Assembly (NCBI GenBank): GCA_016182085.1
Contig: JACOYB010000004.1
Span: 211,923 to 275,922, forward strand
Length of the DNA: 64,000 nucleotides
Direction: 5' to 3'
Origin: Candidatus Magasanikiibacteriota bacterium
GTDB lineage: Bacteria; Patescibacteriota; Patescibacteriia; Magasanikbacterales; GWA2-37-8
Of this stretch, positions 7,782 through 16,657 are shown in pieces. Below the pieces are notes generated by a model. That model did no database searches, had not been told where the DNA came from, and saw only the letters and a list, made by a program, of their open reading frames with translations. How positions within the stretch are numbered: position 1 is the first letter of the stretch; every line of letters begins with the position of its first letter. The position numbers and the translations under genes were made by a program.

Positions 7782-8528
7782 ATGAGCGATCTTGATTTGC
7801 AAGTACGAAATGCGACGGCGACTGATCTAGACAGAATAGCGGAGCTAGAAACTAATATATTCGCCGCTCACAGTATTACGCCATTTGCGCGCGAGCACTT
7901 TTTCGCTTGGCTTGAAGTGTATCCACGGGGATTCTTCGTGGCCGAACAAGGCGGTGAAGTTGTAGGTTATACATACACCCAAGTCATCAATTGTGATTAC
8001 AGCGATCCATATGAACTGGATCGTTGGGTCTCCTTTGATGCTGTAAATGACAGGGGCTATACCCGTGCTTCGCATCGCTGCGATGGGGGCTATCACTTGG
8101 GTGTTAATATTGGTTCAATTGTTCCCGGAGCCGGCAAGCTGCTCGTGGAGGCTTTGGTCAGACTTGGGGAAAATACGCAAAAGCCCCTCCTGGGGATGTC
8201 GCGTATCAGCGGGCTTAAATCATACGCTGATCAGTTGACGCGGGCGGGTATAGTGGATGCCGCGGTTAGTCATGCTGCCAAACACGCGATTGCTTTATTT
8301 TACGTATTAGAGTGTGCTAAACTGGTGCATGGGTCTGTAAGGCTTATGCCAAAATGCGCGGGTCTAAATTGCTCTGGTTTGCCCACATTGCCAGTGCCGA
8401 GCGCGCCAGATCCGGTACTGTGCAAATACTTGCGCAATAAATATTTTGCGATTTGGGCGCTGCTTCCCGAGTTTATTAAAGATCCGGCCAGCCTTAACTA
8501 CGCAGTTCTGATTGGGCCGGCCAAGTAA
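7782..8528 (+). CDS. GNAT-like protein
   Basis: VRNATATDLDRIAELE...FFVAEQGGEVVGY GNAT N-terminal pattern; GGAGG RBS. Confidence 0.6.
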   Translation: MSDLDLQVRNATATDLDRIAELETNIFAAHSITPFAREHFFAWLEVYPRGFFVAEQGGEVVGYTYTQVINCDYSDPYELDRWVSFDAVNDRGYTRASHRCDGGYHLGVNIGSIVPGAGKLLVEALVRLGENTQKPLLGMSRISGLKSYADQLTRAGIVDAAVSHAAKHAIALFYVLECAKLVHGSVRLMPKCAGLNCSGLPTLPVPSAPDPVLCKYLRNKYFAIWALLPEFIKDPASLNYAVLIGPAK

Positions 8529-8575
8529 GGTGCGCGCCGGAGTTGTGGCTGTATTAAGAATAATATTTTTGTCTT

Positions 8576-10558
8576 GTGTTCCTCTTCTCCTATAGTGCCG
8601 CTGTTGTTGGAGCCATTTGTTTGGTAATGGCAGCAGTTATCTTAAATAAAAAGCGCGACCGCTTATCTTTATATTTGGTCTTATCCACAGTTGGTGTGGG
8701 TTTATGGAACATATCAAACGCTTTTGCCGATCTGGCTTGGAATAATTTAACAGCCAGGATTTGGTGCGGTTTCGCGCTTATTGGTTCAATGATTTTCATT
8801 GTATTTTATGTAATTTTCTTAGAACAATTTTTAACTCAGCGTCCCTTCAAGAACTATTTAGCGGCTATCTTTATTCTGATACCGGCTATATTTTTTTCCT
8901 CGCTTTCTTTTAGCGGCATCTATATTACCGATATTATAATCCAGGGTACCGCGCCCGCCATTACAATCCCGGGAAAGATTAATTATTTTATTTTAATTTA
9001 TTCTTTGCTTATTATTTTTTATGGTTTATGGCGACTGCAAAGTTTTTACGGGTCTTTATCGCTCGCTAAACGCAAGCAGATACTGTATGTAAAAGCCGGG
9101 TTTATTATAAGTCTTTGCGCCGGTATTATTTTTACGATTATTTTCCCTTTCCTTGGTAATTTCATGTTTTTTTCCCTGGCGGCGCAATTTACCATACTCT
9201 CCGTTGTTTTGACTATGTACACGATGTATAAGCATAATTTTCTTGATATTAATATTATTATCCAGCGCGGTTTGGTATACGCATTGTTGCTGGGTCTGGT
9301 AATTTTTTTCTATTTGGCGACCTTATTTATCGTTCAATCGTTATTTTTTAACCACGGACAAATTTTATATCTTATTGTAGCTATTATTACCTGCGCCGCC
9401 GGTATATTTTCCGTCCCGAAGATAGACGCTTGGCTGCGCCGCTTGACTGATAAAATTTTTTTTAAAGACAAATACGACCCCGCCGCCGTATTAAAAGAAT
9501 TAAGCGAAACCCTAAATAGCAATTTGGATTTACGCGATTTGGTATTGAAAACAACAAATACTTTGAAAAAAAATTTAAAAATCAAAGATATTTATTTGGA
9601 ATTTTTACCTTCGGATTGTACTCAGGCCCTGCAGAAGTTAGAGGATTTACAAAAAAAATACGACTCATATGTAATGTTGCGTTTGGAAAAATTAGAAAAG
9701 ACAGATAAACCGCTGGGGGTAATGTTTTTAAGCCCCAAACTCTCCGGGGATGGGTATAGTGACATGGATAATAGTTTGCTTAATATCTTTGCGCATCACA
9801 TGACGCTCGCCTTAGAGAAATCTCAGCTATATGAACAAGTCAAGGATTATTCTAAGAATTTAGAAATTAAAATAGAGCAGCGCATGGCCGAGCTTAAACA
9901 GCTGCAAGAAAAACAGTCTCAAGAACTATTTGATATTGCTCATCAGCTGCAAACACCGCTTACCGTGCTTAAAGGCCAGGTTCAAATACTCGCCGCGGAT
10001 TTGCAAGAAAAAGATAAAACCCAGCTTTTAGAGACTAATGTAGACAGAATATCGCGGTTTGTTTCAGGGCTGCTTAAACTTGCCAGGCTGGATTTTGAAG
10101 GTGAGCAACGCAGAGAAAAAATAAATTTTAGCGAGCTGCTTTCCGGTTTGGTAGAAGAGTTTTCGGTTATAGCCCAGGAGAGCAGGATTGTATTTGAACA
10201 TGATATTGAAAAGAATATTTTTGTGATGGGCGATACAAATAAATTGATTGAACTCGTCAGTAACTTGGTGAGTAACGCTATGAAGTATATCGCTCATGAA
10301 AGAAGGGTGGCAATCAATCTGAAAAAAGTTGACGCTTGGGCTAGGCTTGAAATTGTAGATACCGGAGCAGGTATTTCCGCAGAAGATCTATCAAACTTGT
10401 TTAAACGATTTTACCGCGGCCACACGGCTGCCGGCAGCGGCACCGGTCTCGGCTTGGCAATTTGTAAAAAAATTATTGATGTGCACCAAGGAAAAATTAG
10501 AATTACGAGCGAACTAAATAAAGGCACGCAGGCGGAGGTATTGTTGCCGCTTGCCTAA
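8576..10558 (+). CDS. Multi-TM (HisKA_7TM-like) sensor histidine kinase
   Basis: Many N-terminal TMs; AHQLQTPLT H box, NAMKY, DTGAGI, GTGLGL. Confidence 0.9.
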   Translation: MFLFSYSAAVVGAICLVMAAVILNKKRDRLSLYLVLSTVGVGLWNISNAFADLAWNNLTARIWCGFALIGSMIFIVFYVIFLEQFLTQRPFKNYLAAIFILIPAIFFSSLSFSGIYITDIIIQGTAPAITIPGKINYFILIYSLLIIFYGLWRLQSFYGSLSLAKRKQILYVKAGFIISLCAGIIFTIIFPFLGNFMFFSLAAQFTILSVVLTMYTMYKHNFLDINIIIQRGLVYALLLGLVIFFYLATLFIVQSLFFNHGQILYLIVAIITCAAGIFSVPKIDAWLRRLTDKIFFKDKYDPAAVLKELSETLNSNLDLRDLVLKTTNTLKKNLKIKDIYLEFLPSDCTQALQKLEDLQKKYDSYVMLRLEKLEKTDKPLGVMFLSPKLSGDGYSDMDNSLLNIFAHHMTLALEKSQLYEQVKDYSKNLEIKIEQRMAELKQLQEKQSQELFDIAHQLQTPLTVLKGQVQILAADLQEKDKTQLLETNVDRISRFVSGLLKLARLDFEGEQRREKINFSELLSGLVEEFSVIAQESRIVFEHDIEKNIFVMGDTNKLIELVSNLVSNAMKYIAHERRVAINLKKVDAWARLEIVDTGAGISAEDLSNLFKRFYRGHTAAGSGTGLGLAICKKIIDVHQGKIRITSELNKGTQAEVLLPLA

Positions 10559-10679
10559 CACAAGCGGCATAGATCGAAGGGCTGTAATTAAAGACGGTTT
10601 ATTGTGTTTAGGCAGCCTTTCCTAATTTTAGGAAATAATGTATAATATGTTAACTAAATTTATTTTTAATAGATAAAAT

Positions 10680-11030
10680 ATGCAAGATCTGCAGGAAATT
10701 TTTAACCGTATTCAGGAAATCAAGAAAAAACAAAAAGATATTCGCAGCGCTTATAAAGACGCGTTAGACTCATCTTTAGAGTATAAAGAAGTTGGCGATA
10801 AAATTAAAACGCTTAGAGAAAGAAAGAAGCAAATTGAAAACACTACCAAAGAATCTTATGCCAGTGAATTTACCCAGCTTGATAATTTTAAGATTGATTT
10901 GGAGTCAGAGGCCACGGTATTAAATGATGTTGCTTTAACCAAGTTGATGAAAGGGGAGACCGTACAGGTAGTGGATGAATATAATAATACCTACGAACCG
11001 TTATTTACGGTTAAGTTTAAAAAGGCTTAG
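10680..11030 (+). CDS. Conserved hypothetical coiled-coil protein
   Basis: 116-aa ORF with host-like codon usage. Confidence 0.7.
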   Translation: MQDLQEIFNRIQEIKKKQKDIRSAYKDALDSSLEYKEVGDKIKTLRERKKQIENTTKESYASEFTQLDNFKIDLESEATVLNDVALTKLMKGETVQVVDEYNNTYEPLFTVKFKKA

Positions 11031-11059
11031 TCTAAGTCGGTTTTATTGGATCGTTACGT

Positions 11060-11515
11060 TTAGTCCTTTTTATGCAATAACGCATCCTGCATTTTATCTA
11101 AGTTTATTTTTACCTTCATTTTTCGCAACTCCGCGTCATCTTCCGCGGCCAGTCCCAAGTGGTCGTGAATTTCATCAAGCATATTGATTATTCTAGTAAT
11201 TTCCGCTTCAGCTTTAATGTTGATTTGCAGGTCCAACTCTTCTCTGAACTCATCTATTTTATTAGCTCGATTTTGGCTGATCAGAACAATAATGCTTAAA
11301 AAAATTGCTTCCAATGATACGGCTGTAGTTAAAAAACCATGCGGGTACGGATCAAAAATTGGTATATTTGGAATTAAGCCCGAATTAAGCAGAAGCCACA
11401 CCACAAAGATAATCGCGTTTAAAATCAAGAACCAAATAGTGCCAAATGAGTCTCGCAAAAAATCAGCCCAGCGATCGATGTGTGTTTTTTGTTTTTCCAG
11501 TTTTGTTCTAAACAT
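11060..11515 (-). CDS. DUF1003-family membrane protein
   Basis: FDPYP..FLT..VSLEAIFLS..VLISQNR motif. Confidence 0.85.
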   Translation of the reverse strand: MFRTKLEKQKTHIDRWADFLRDSFGTIWFLILNAIIFVVWLLLNSGLIPNIPIFDPYPHGFLTTAVSLEAIFLSIIVLISQNRANKIDEFREELDLQINIKAEAEITRIINMLDEIHDHLGLAAEDDAELRKMKVKINLDKMQDALLHKKD

Positions 11516-11631
11516 ATAAATTTATATAAGTTATTATTGTCAGTATAGCAAAGAGCCCGTAATCGGGCAATAATGTTTTGTCGGATTTTCCTTGACCCTT
11601 TGGGGTTAGGAAAGGTATTATAGCTGAATAT

Positions 11632-12165
11632 ATGAATTTTCCATTAAGACAAAAAATAACAATTCTACTTGCCAGCTTATTGCTGGTGGTTTTTTTAATT
11701 CCGTATATTGCCAGGGCCCAGACAACCACCGGCGATTTACCGCCAACTTCGGCCCCTTCTAGTGCGGCTGCCACATATAGTCCCGCAGCGCCTGTAAGCA
11801 GCGACATGTCTCCGGTTTACATTAGTTTATTACAAAATTTAATCACCTTTGGGGAAAGTACGGGGTTGGGTTCCACCGATCCAAGATTAATTGTGGCGCG
11901 CCTTATCCGGTTGGCTATGGGATTTGTAGGTATTATAGTCCTTGTAATGATACTCCTAAGCGGACTTGCAATGATGACTTCGGGCGGAGATGAAGAAAAG
12001 GTAAGCAGCGCCAAGAAAACATTTTTTAATGCTATTATCGGACTTGTGATTATGCTTTCGGCATATAGTATCGTGGTGTTTGTTTTTAATGCCATAACTG
12101 GCGCCAGCGGTGGCAGTAGTGCTGTTGAAGCTCCAACTACGCCAGATCCGGTGGTTAACCCCTAG
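11632..12165 (+). CDS. TrbC/VirB2-like pilin
   Basis: Signal peptide, two TMs around MTSGGDEEKVSSAKK..NAIIGL. Confidence 0.75.
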   Translation: MNFPLRQKITILLASLLLVVFLIPYIARAQTTTGDLPPTSAPSSAAATYSPAAPVSSDMSPVYISLLQNLITFGESTGLGSTDPRLIVARLIRLAMGFVGIIVLVMILLSGLAMMTSGGDEEKVSSAKKTFFNAIIGLVIMLSAYSIVVFVFNAITGASGGSSAVEAPTTPDPVVNP

Positions 12166-12167
12166 GT

Positions 12168-12971
12168 ATGAATTTCGTTAAACGAACCACAGAACGTGTT
12201 GTTATAGCCGTTTTCACTTTTATTGTCTGGTGGTTTGTTGTTACACAGATTTTTGATCGGCTGGAACAGCGAATGCCGGTTTTTTTGGCCGGAGTGCTGA
12301 CATATCTTCTGGCTGCTTATATTCTTCTACCGCGCGTAATTCAATTTTGTTTAATGATACTGCGCCGCGGCCGGGTGCCTCGGTTTGCCAGAGCCGCAGA
12401 TGGATTACCGGCTGATCCGGTTAATATTATTTTAATAGGTTCGCAGGAGATGTTGCGCAATATTTTTACAATTGCCGGCTGGCACGAAGCTGAGCCGATA
12501 ACATGGAGAAGTGTCATTAAGATGATGCATGCAATTATCCGAAACAAATCTTACGCCAACGCTCCGTTCAGTTCGTTGTATCTTTTTGGCCGTAAGCAAG
12601 ACCATGGATTCCAGCAGCCTATAGGTAAAAGCCCTCGTCATCGGCACCATGTCCGGTTTTGGGCCGCCAATCTTGACCCGGAAGCAGACATGACAAATTT
12701 TAAATATTGGATGCAAAAGCATAGCATAAATCCCAAAGAAGCAAGCATGTGGGTGGGAAGCGGAACAAAAGATATAGGCTTGGCCCTAAAAAGATTTACG
12801 TATCAAATTACTCACAAAGTTGATAAAAATGTTGATGAGGAACGTGATTATGTTATTTCTTCTTTACGCGAAACCGGTTTGCTTGCCAAAGAATACTATT
12901 CTAACGCGGAACAATTTATCATCGGAAAGTATAAGTCCGATGGGCGAATACTTACCGCTTATATAAAATAG
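12168..12971 (+). CDS. LssY C-terminal domain protein
   Basis: DPVNIILIG, APFSSLYLFGRKQD, RHHVRFW, VDEERD motifs. Confidence 0.8.
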   Translation: MNFVKRTTERVVIAVFTFIVWWFVVTQIFDRLEQRMPVFLAGVLTYLLAAYILLPRVIQFCLMILRRGRVPRFARAADGLPADPVNIILIGSQEMLRNIFTIAGWHEAEPITWRSVIKMMHAIIRNKSYANAPFSSLYLFGRKQDHGFQQPIGKSPRHRHHVRFWAANLDPEADMTNFKYWMQKHSINPKEASMWVGSGTKDIGLALKRFTYQITHKVDKNVDEERDYVISSLRETGLLAKEYYSNAEQFIIGKYKSDGRILTAYIK

Positions 12972-12991
12972 CCGCAGTTAGATAATTTTAT

Positions 12992-13031
12992 AAAACAAAA
13001 ATCCTCTGTTGAAACGGAGGATTTTTGTTTT
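12992..13031. terminator. Bidirectional terminator-like hairpin
   Basis: AAAACAAAAATCCTC..GAGGATTTTTGTTTT between convergent genes. Confidence 0.7.
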
Positions 13032-13176
13032 TCTCTTGCGGAAGAGAAAAACATGTCTGAGTGAGCCGCAGCGAGCGAAGGCGATTCTTTCAGAATTCTA
13101 TAATTACTAGGGGTGAATAAAAAAGAAAATTTATTTTCTTTTTTGAAGCCCGACGTAATTATATGGGCTTTAGCCC

Positions 13177-13452
13177 TTATTTAAGAGCGTCTTTGAGGCC
13201 TTTACCAGCTTTGAATTTTGGTACGGTTACGGCTGGAATTTGAATTTTTTGAGAAGGGTTTTGTGGGTTTACGCCTTGTCTAGCCGCGCGTTTTTTGGCA
13301 GTGAAAGCGCCAAAACCCGTGAGTACTACTTCTCCACCATTCTTTAGTTGTTCCACAACTACGTCCAAGAGAGTGTTTAATGTATCTTCAACCTGGCGTT
13401 TTGGCAGGTTTAATTTTTCAGATACTTTTTGTGCTAAGTCTGCTTTGTTCAT
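13177..13452 (-). CDS. hup: DNA-binding protein HU
   Basis: MNKADL...GFGAF...GVNPQ...PKFKAGKGLK. Confidence 0.95.
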   Translation of the reverse strand: MNKADLAQKVSEKLNLPKRQVEDTLNTLLDVVVEQLKNGGEVVLTGFGAFTAKKRAARQGVNPQNPSQKIQIPAVTVPKFKAGKGLKDALK

Positions 13453-13610
13453 AGTGTCACCCCCTTTCCAGTTTGAAGATCAAACATAGAAAATGATTAA
13501 ATTTTAACTAGTCTTAGCCTTAACTAAGGCTATTAAATTATATCATGAGAGAGTTTTTTTGCCTATGTTTAGCAATTTTAGTTATCCCCAACGCTTAGCG
13601 AATCCCAAAT

Positions 13611-15137
13611 TTATTTAGCGTATTCTACAACGCGAGTTTCACGGATAATCGTAACACGGATTTCACCAGGATATTGCAGTTCTTGTTCAATTTTTCTGGA
13701 AATATCTTTGGCAAGCTGGAAGGCAGAGTAGTCATCTACTTCATTTGGTTTTACAAATACGCGAATTTCACGACCGGCTTGAATAGCATATACCTTATCA
13801 ATACCAGGAAAGCTCTTAGCGGTTTTTTCCAGTTCTTCCAAGCGCGCCACAAATTGTTCGTAGCTATCTTTGCGAGCGCCAACTCTGGCACCGGAAATTG
13901 CATCTGCGGCCTTAGCAATAGAAGAGTAGATATTATATGGCTTGTCTTGGTGGTGGGTAAGCGCGGCTTGGCAAATATCTTCATCCATGTTGAATTTTTT
14001 CAGGATCATGTGGCCAATTTCCGGATGAGAGCCTTGAGTTTCTTGATCTACAGCTTTGCCAATGTCATGAAAGAAGCCGCACTTTTTGGCTTTGGCGCTA
14101 TCAAGGCCTAGTTCGGCCGCCATCATACCGGCCAGATAACCGGTTTCCATGGAATGATTGATGATATTTTGGCCATAGCTGGTGCGATATTTCAAACGAC
14201 CAACAATACTTACCAGTTTTGGATCAATACCGGTAATACCCATTTTATACAAAGCTTCTTCACCGGCCTTTTTGATGTCTATGGCCAAGTCTTGTTTGGC
14301 TTTCTCTACAAACTCTTCAATGCGAGCCGGTTGAATGCGGCCGTCAGCCATAAGTTTTTCTAAAGCTAATTTGGCAATTTGTCTGCGGATAGGGGAGAAT
14401 CCGGAAACCACAATCGCATCCGGAGTATCATCAATGATAAGTTCGCAACCGGTAAGTTTTTCAATGGTTTTAATGTTGCGTCCTTCTTTGCCGATAATGC
14501 GTCCCTTCATATCTTCGCTGGTCAGGTGCACGGTGGTAGAAGTAATTTCCGCCGCATGCGAAGAAGCGCAGCGCTGTGTCGCGTCGGCAATAAGTTCACG
14601 AGCCTTTTCGTCGTATACTTCAGTTGATTCTTTGTCCAATTTTAAGATTCTGGCCGTAAGGTCGGCTTTGCTTTGCTCTTCTATTCTTTTTAACAATTCT
14701 TCTTTTGCCTCCTCTTTTTTAAGATTGGCAATTTGTTGCAGCTTTTCTACTTCCTGATCTCTCATCTTTTCTATTTCTGCTTTTACTTGCTGAACTTTGT
14801 TTGCCTGATCCTGTAATTTTTGTTTATTATTCTCCAGTTCAATCAATTTTTGATCAAACATGCCCTCGCGTCTTTCCAGTCTCTCTTGAATATTGTGAAG
14901 TTCCTGGCGCACTTGTTTTTCTTCACGCTTGGCTTCATCCACAATTTGTGTGGCCTTTTCTTTGCCTTCCAAGATGAATTTCTGTTGCTGAGTTTTGGCT
15001 TCGGTGAGTAACTTCTCTGCCTTTGCCTCTATGGAATTAGCTTCAGCTTGGGCTATTTTTTTTCTTAAAAAATATCCAATGCCTATGCCTGTGCCAGTAC
15101 CGGCTATAGCCAAAATAGCCCAGATTAAATTATTCAT
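13611..15137 (-). CDS. rny: Ribonuclease Y
   Basis: N-terminal TM, coiled coil, KH (KGRIIGKEGRNI), HD (HDIGK), YAIQAGREIRV. Confidence 0.96.
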   Translation of the reverse strand: MNNLIWAILAIAGTGTGIGIGYFLRKKIAQAEANSIEAKAEKLLTEAKTQQQKFILEGKEKATQIVDEAKREEKQVRQELHNIQERLERREGMFDQKLIELENNKQKLQDQANKVQQVKAEIEKMRDQEVEKLQQIANLKKEEAKEELLKRIEEQSKADLTARILKLDKESTEVYDEKARELIADATQRCASSHAAEITSTTVHLTSEDMKGRIIGKEGRNIKTIEKLTGCELIIDDTPDAIVVSGFSPIRRQIAKLALEKLMADGRIQPARIEEFVEKAKQDLAIDIKKAGEEALYKMGITGIDPKLVSIVGRLKYRTSYGQNIINHSMETGYLAGMMAAELGLDSAKAKKCGFFHDIGKAVDQETQGSHPEIGHMILKKFNMDEDICQAALTHHQDKPYNIYSSIAKAADAISGARVGARKDSYEQFVARLEELEKTAKSFPGIDKVYAIQAGREIRVFVKPNEVDDYSAFQLAKDISRKIEQELQYPGEIRVTIIRETRVVEYAK

Positions 15138-15203
15138 ATACGAAATGAGTGAGCCAATAAGTTAAATGTATTTAACTTATTGCGAACGAACGAGTATATA
15201 TGG
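15138..15203 (-). repeat. Hairpin element in rny leader, related to 16543-16647 and 58012-58076
   Basis: Shared CTCACTCATTTCG end and CTC.TTCG.TCG start around an AT-rich stem. Confidence 0.65.
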
Positions 15204-15499
15204 TAAAACCTATATATCTAAAATTCCTCAAAATCTTGAGTAATTACTGATTATTTGAAGAAGAATTAATATTTACCAAGAAAACACAAAAAATTGCAGA
15301 ACACCCGTCTGTTTCCATTCTTTTTGGGAAGATTTTTGTAGTTTAGTTAGCATAATTTGCCGAACTGTAGCCTAAATCTTGTTTGGTCTTTTCGGTTTCT
15401 TCTTACTAATACCCGTAATTAAGCAAGATCAATTAATTAGTAAAACTGAGAATATGGTAGCATTTTAAGGCAGATCTGTCAAACTGCCTAGGCAGCTTC

Positions 15500-15724
15500 T
15501 TAAATATTTACACTAAATTGATCTGCGCTAAATTCATCCCTTGCATCGGGGGTTCCATCGCCGCTAATATCTATAGTTTCCACTCCTCGTTTGAGCTTAT
15601 TTTCTTTTTCAGCATCCTTGGTTGGAGGAGGTGGTAAGGGCACCTCGATTCTTGGTCGGTCGGCTGGCGGCTGGTCATCGTGTTTTCTTCTCCTATCTAT
15701 TCTTGGCGCTTCTGGGTTTGGCAT
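15500..15724 (-). CDS. Small Pro-rich hypothetical protein
   Basis: 74-aa ORF directly downstream of truB. Confidence 0.6.
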   Translation of the reverse strand: MPNPEAPRIDRRRKHDDQPPADRPRIEVPLPPPPTKDAEKENKLKRGVETIDISGDGTPDARDEFSADQFSVNI

Positions 15725-15728
15725 ATGT

Positions 15729-16436
15729 TTATGTTATATCTTTAATGTTAGTAGCATGTTTAAGCGTGTAATCACCGATTTTAGTGCGCATAAGTTCTTG
15801 GCAATAGGCTCCAACTCCGAGTTTGGCGCCAATATCGTGGGCTAAGGTTCGGATGTAAGTTCCTGCCGAACATTGTACTTCAATTTTTAAAACAGGCCAA
15901 GCGTAGTTTAAAAGTTTTATTTTGTAGATTTCTATTTCGTTGGCCTGTCGTTCTACAGTTATTCCTTTTCTGGCCAATTGGTAAAGGCGCTGGCCGTTTA
16001 TTTGTTTGGCCGAAAACATGGGTGGAATTTGTAATTGTTTGCCGATAAACCCGGCCAACACCTCCTGAACCGCAACGAGCGGTTCACCCTCCTTATTAGG
16101 AGGGATTTTCGATTCCCCTCTATTAAGAGGGGTAGGGGTGTGTTCGTATGGAGTTATGTTTCCAGTTTTATCATATGTATCACTGGTCTCTCCCAGTTTG
16201 ATAGTGGCAATATATGTCTTTGGCATGTTTTTAAACTCATCCAATTTTTTGGTGGCTTCACGACCCACGCCTACAATTAAAAGACCGGTGGCAAACGGAT
16301 CAAGCGTACCAGCATGGCCGACTTTGACTCGTTTTTGTTTTTCGGGCAAAGCTGTTTTTTTAACCCGATTGCGCACAAAAGCCACGACATCAAAGCTCGT
16401 CCAGCCCCCAGGTTTGTTTATAAGTAAGAAATTCAT
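15729..16436 (-). CDS. truB: tRNA pseudouridine(55) synthase
   Basis: LINKPGGWTSFDVV, GHAGTLDPFATG, PPMFSAK, GTYIRTL; start probably MNFLL. Confidence 0.95.
   Translation of the reverse strand: MNFLLINKPGGWTSFDVVAFVRNRVKKTALPEKQKRVKVGHAGTLDPFATGLLIVGVGREATKKLDEFKNMPKTYIATIKLGETSDTYDKTGNITPYEHTPTPLNRGESKIPPNKEGEPLVAVQEVLAGFIGKQLQIPPMFSAKQINGQRLYQLARKGITVERQANEIEIYKIKLLNYAWPVLKIEVQCSAGTYIRTLAHDIGAKLGVGAYCQELMRTKIGDYTLKHATNIKDIT
16086..16144 (-). repeat. CCCCTCT/AGAGGGG double-hairpin element, in frame in truB
   Basis: Near copy of 38885-38944; encodes HTPTPLNRGESKIPPNKEG. Confidence 0.85.
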
Positions 16437-16542
16437 ATAGTTTATGGGCATATTATGCAAGAGTTTAGAGAAAAGGACAAGAACCCCAAATTGACTTTTT
16501 AGCCCTTCTTCTATATAATACGACCTATTCTAAGGGGCTTAG

Positions 16543-16647
16543 CCACATATATTCTCATTCGCTCGGAAATATCCAACTAAAATATTTATAGATGCTTAAA
16601 TTATATAAATATTTTCTTGTCTATTTCACTCACTCATTTCGAATATA
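16543..16647 (+). repeat. Hairpin element in infB leader
   Basis: CCACATATATTCTCATTCGCTCG...CTCACTCATTTCGAATATA, same orientation to gene as in rny. Confidence 0.6.
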
Positions 16648-16657
16648 ACCAAATCCT

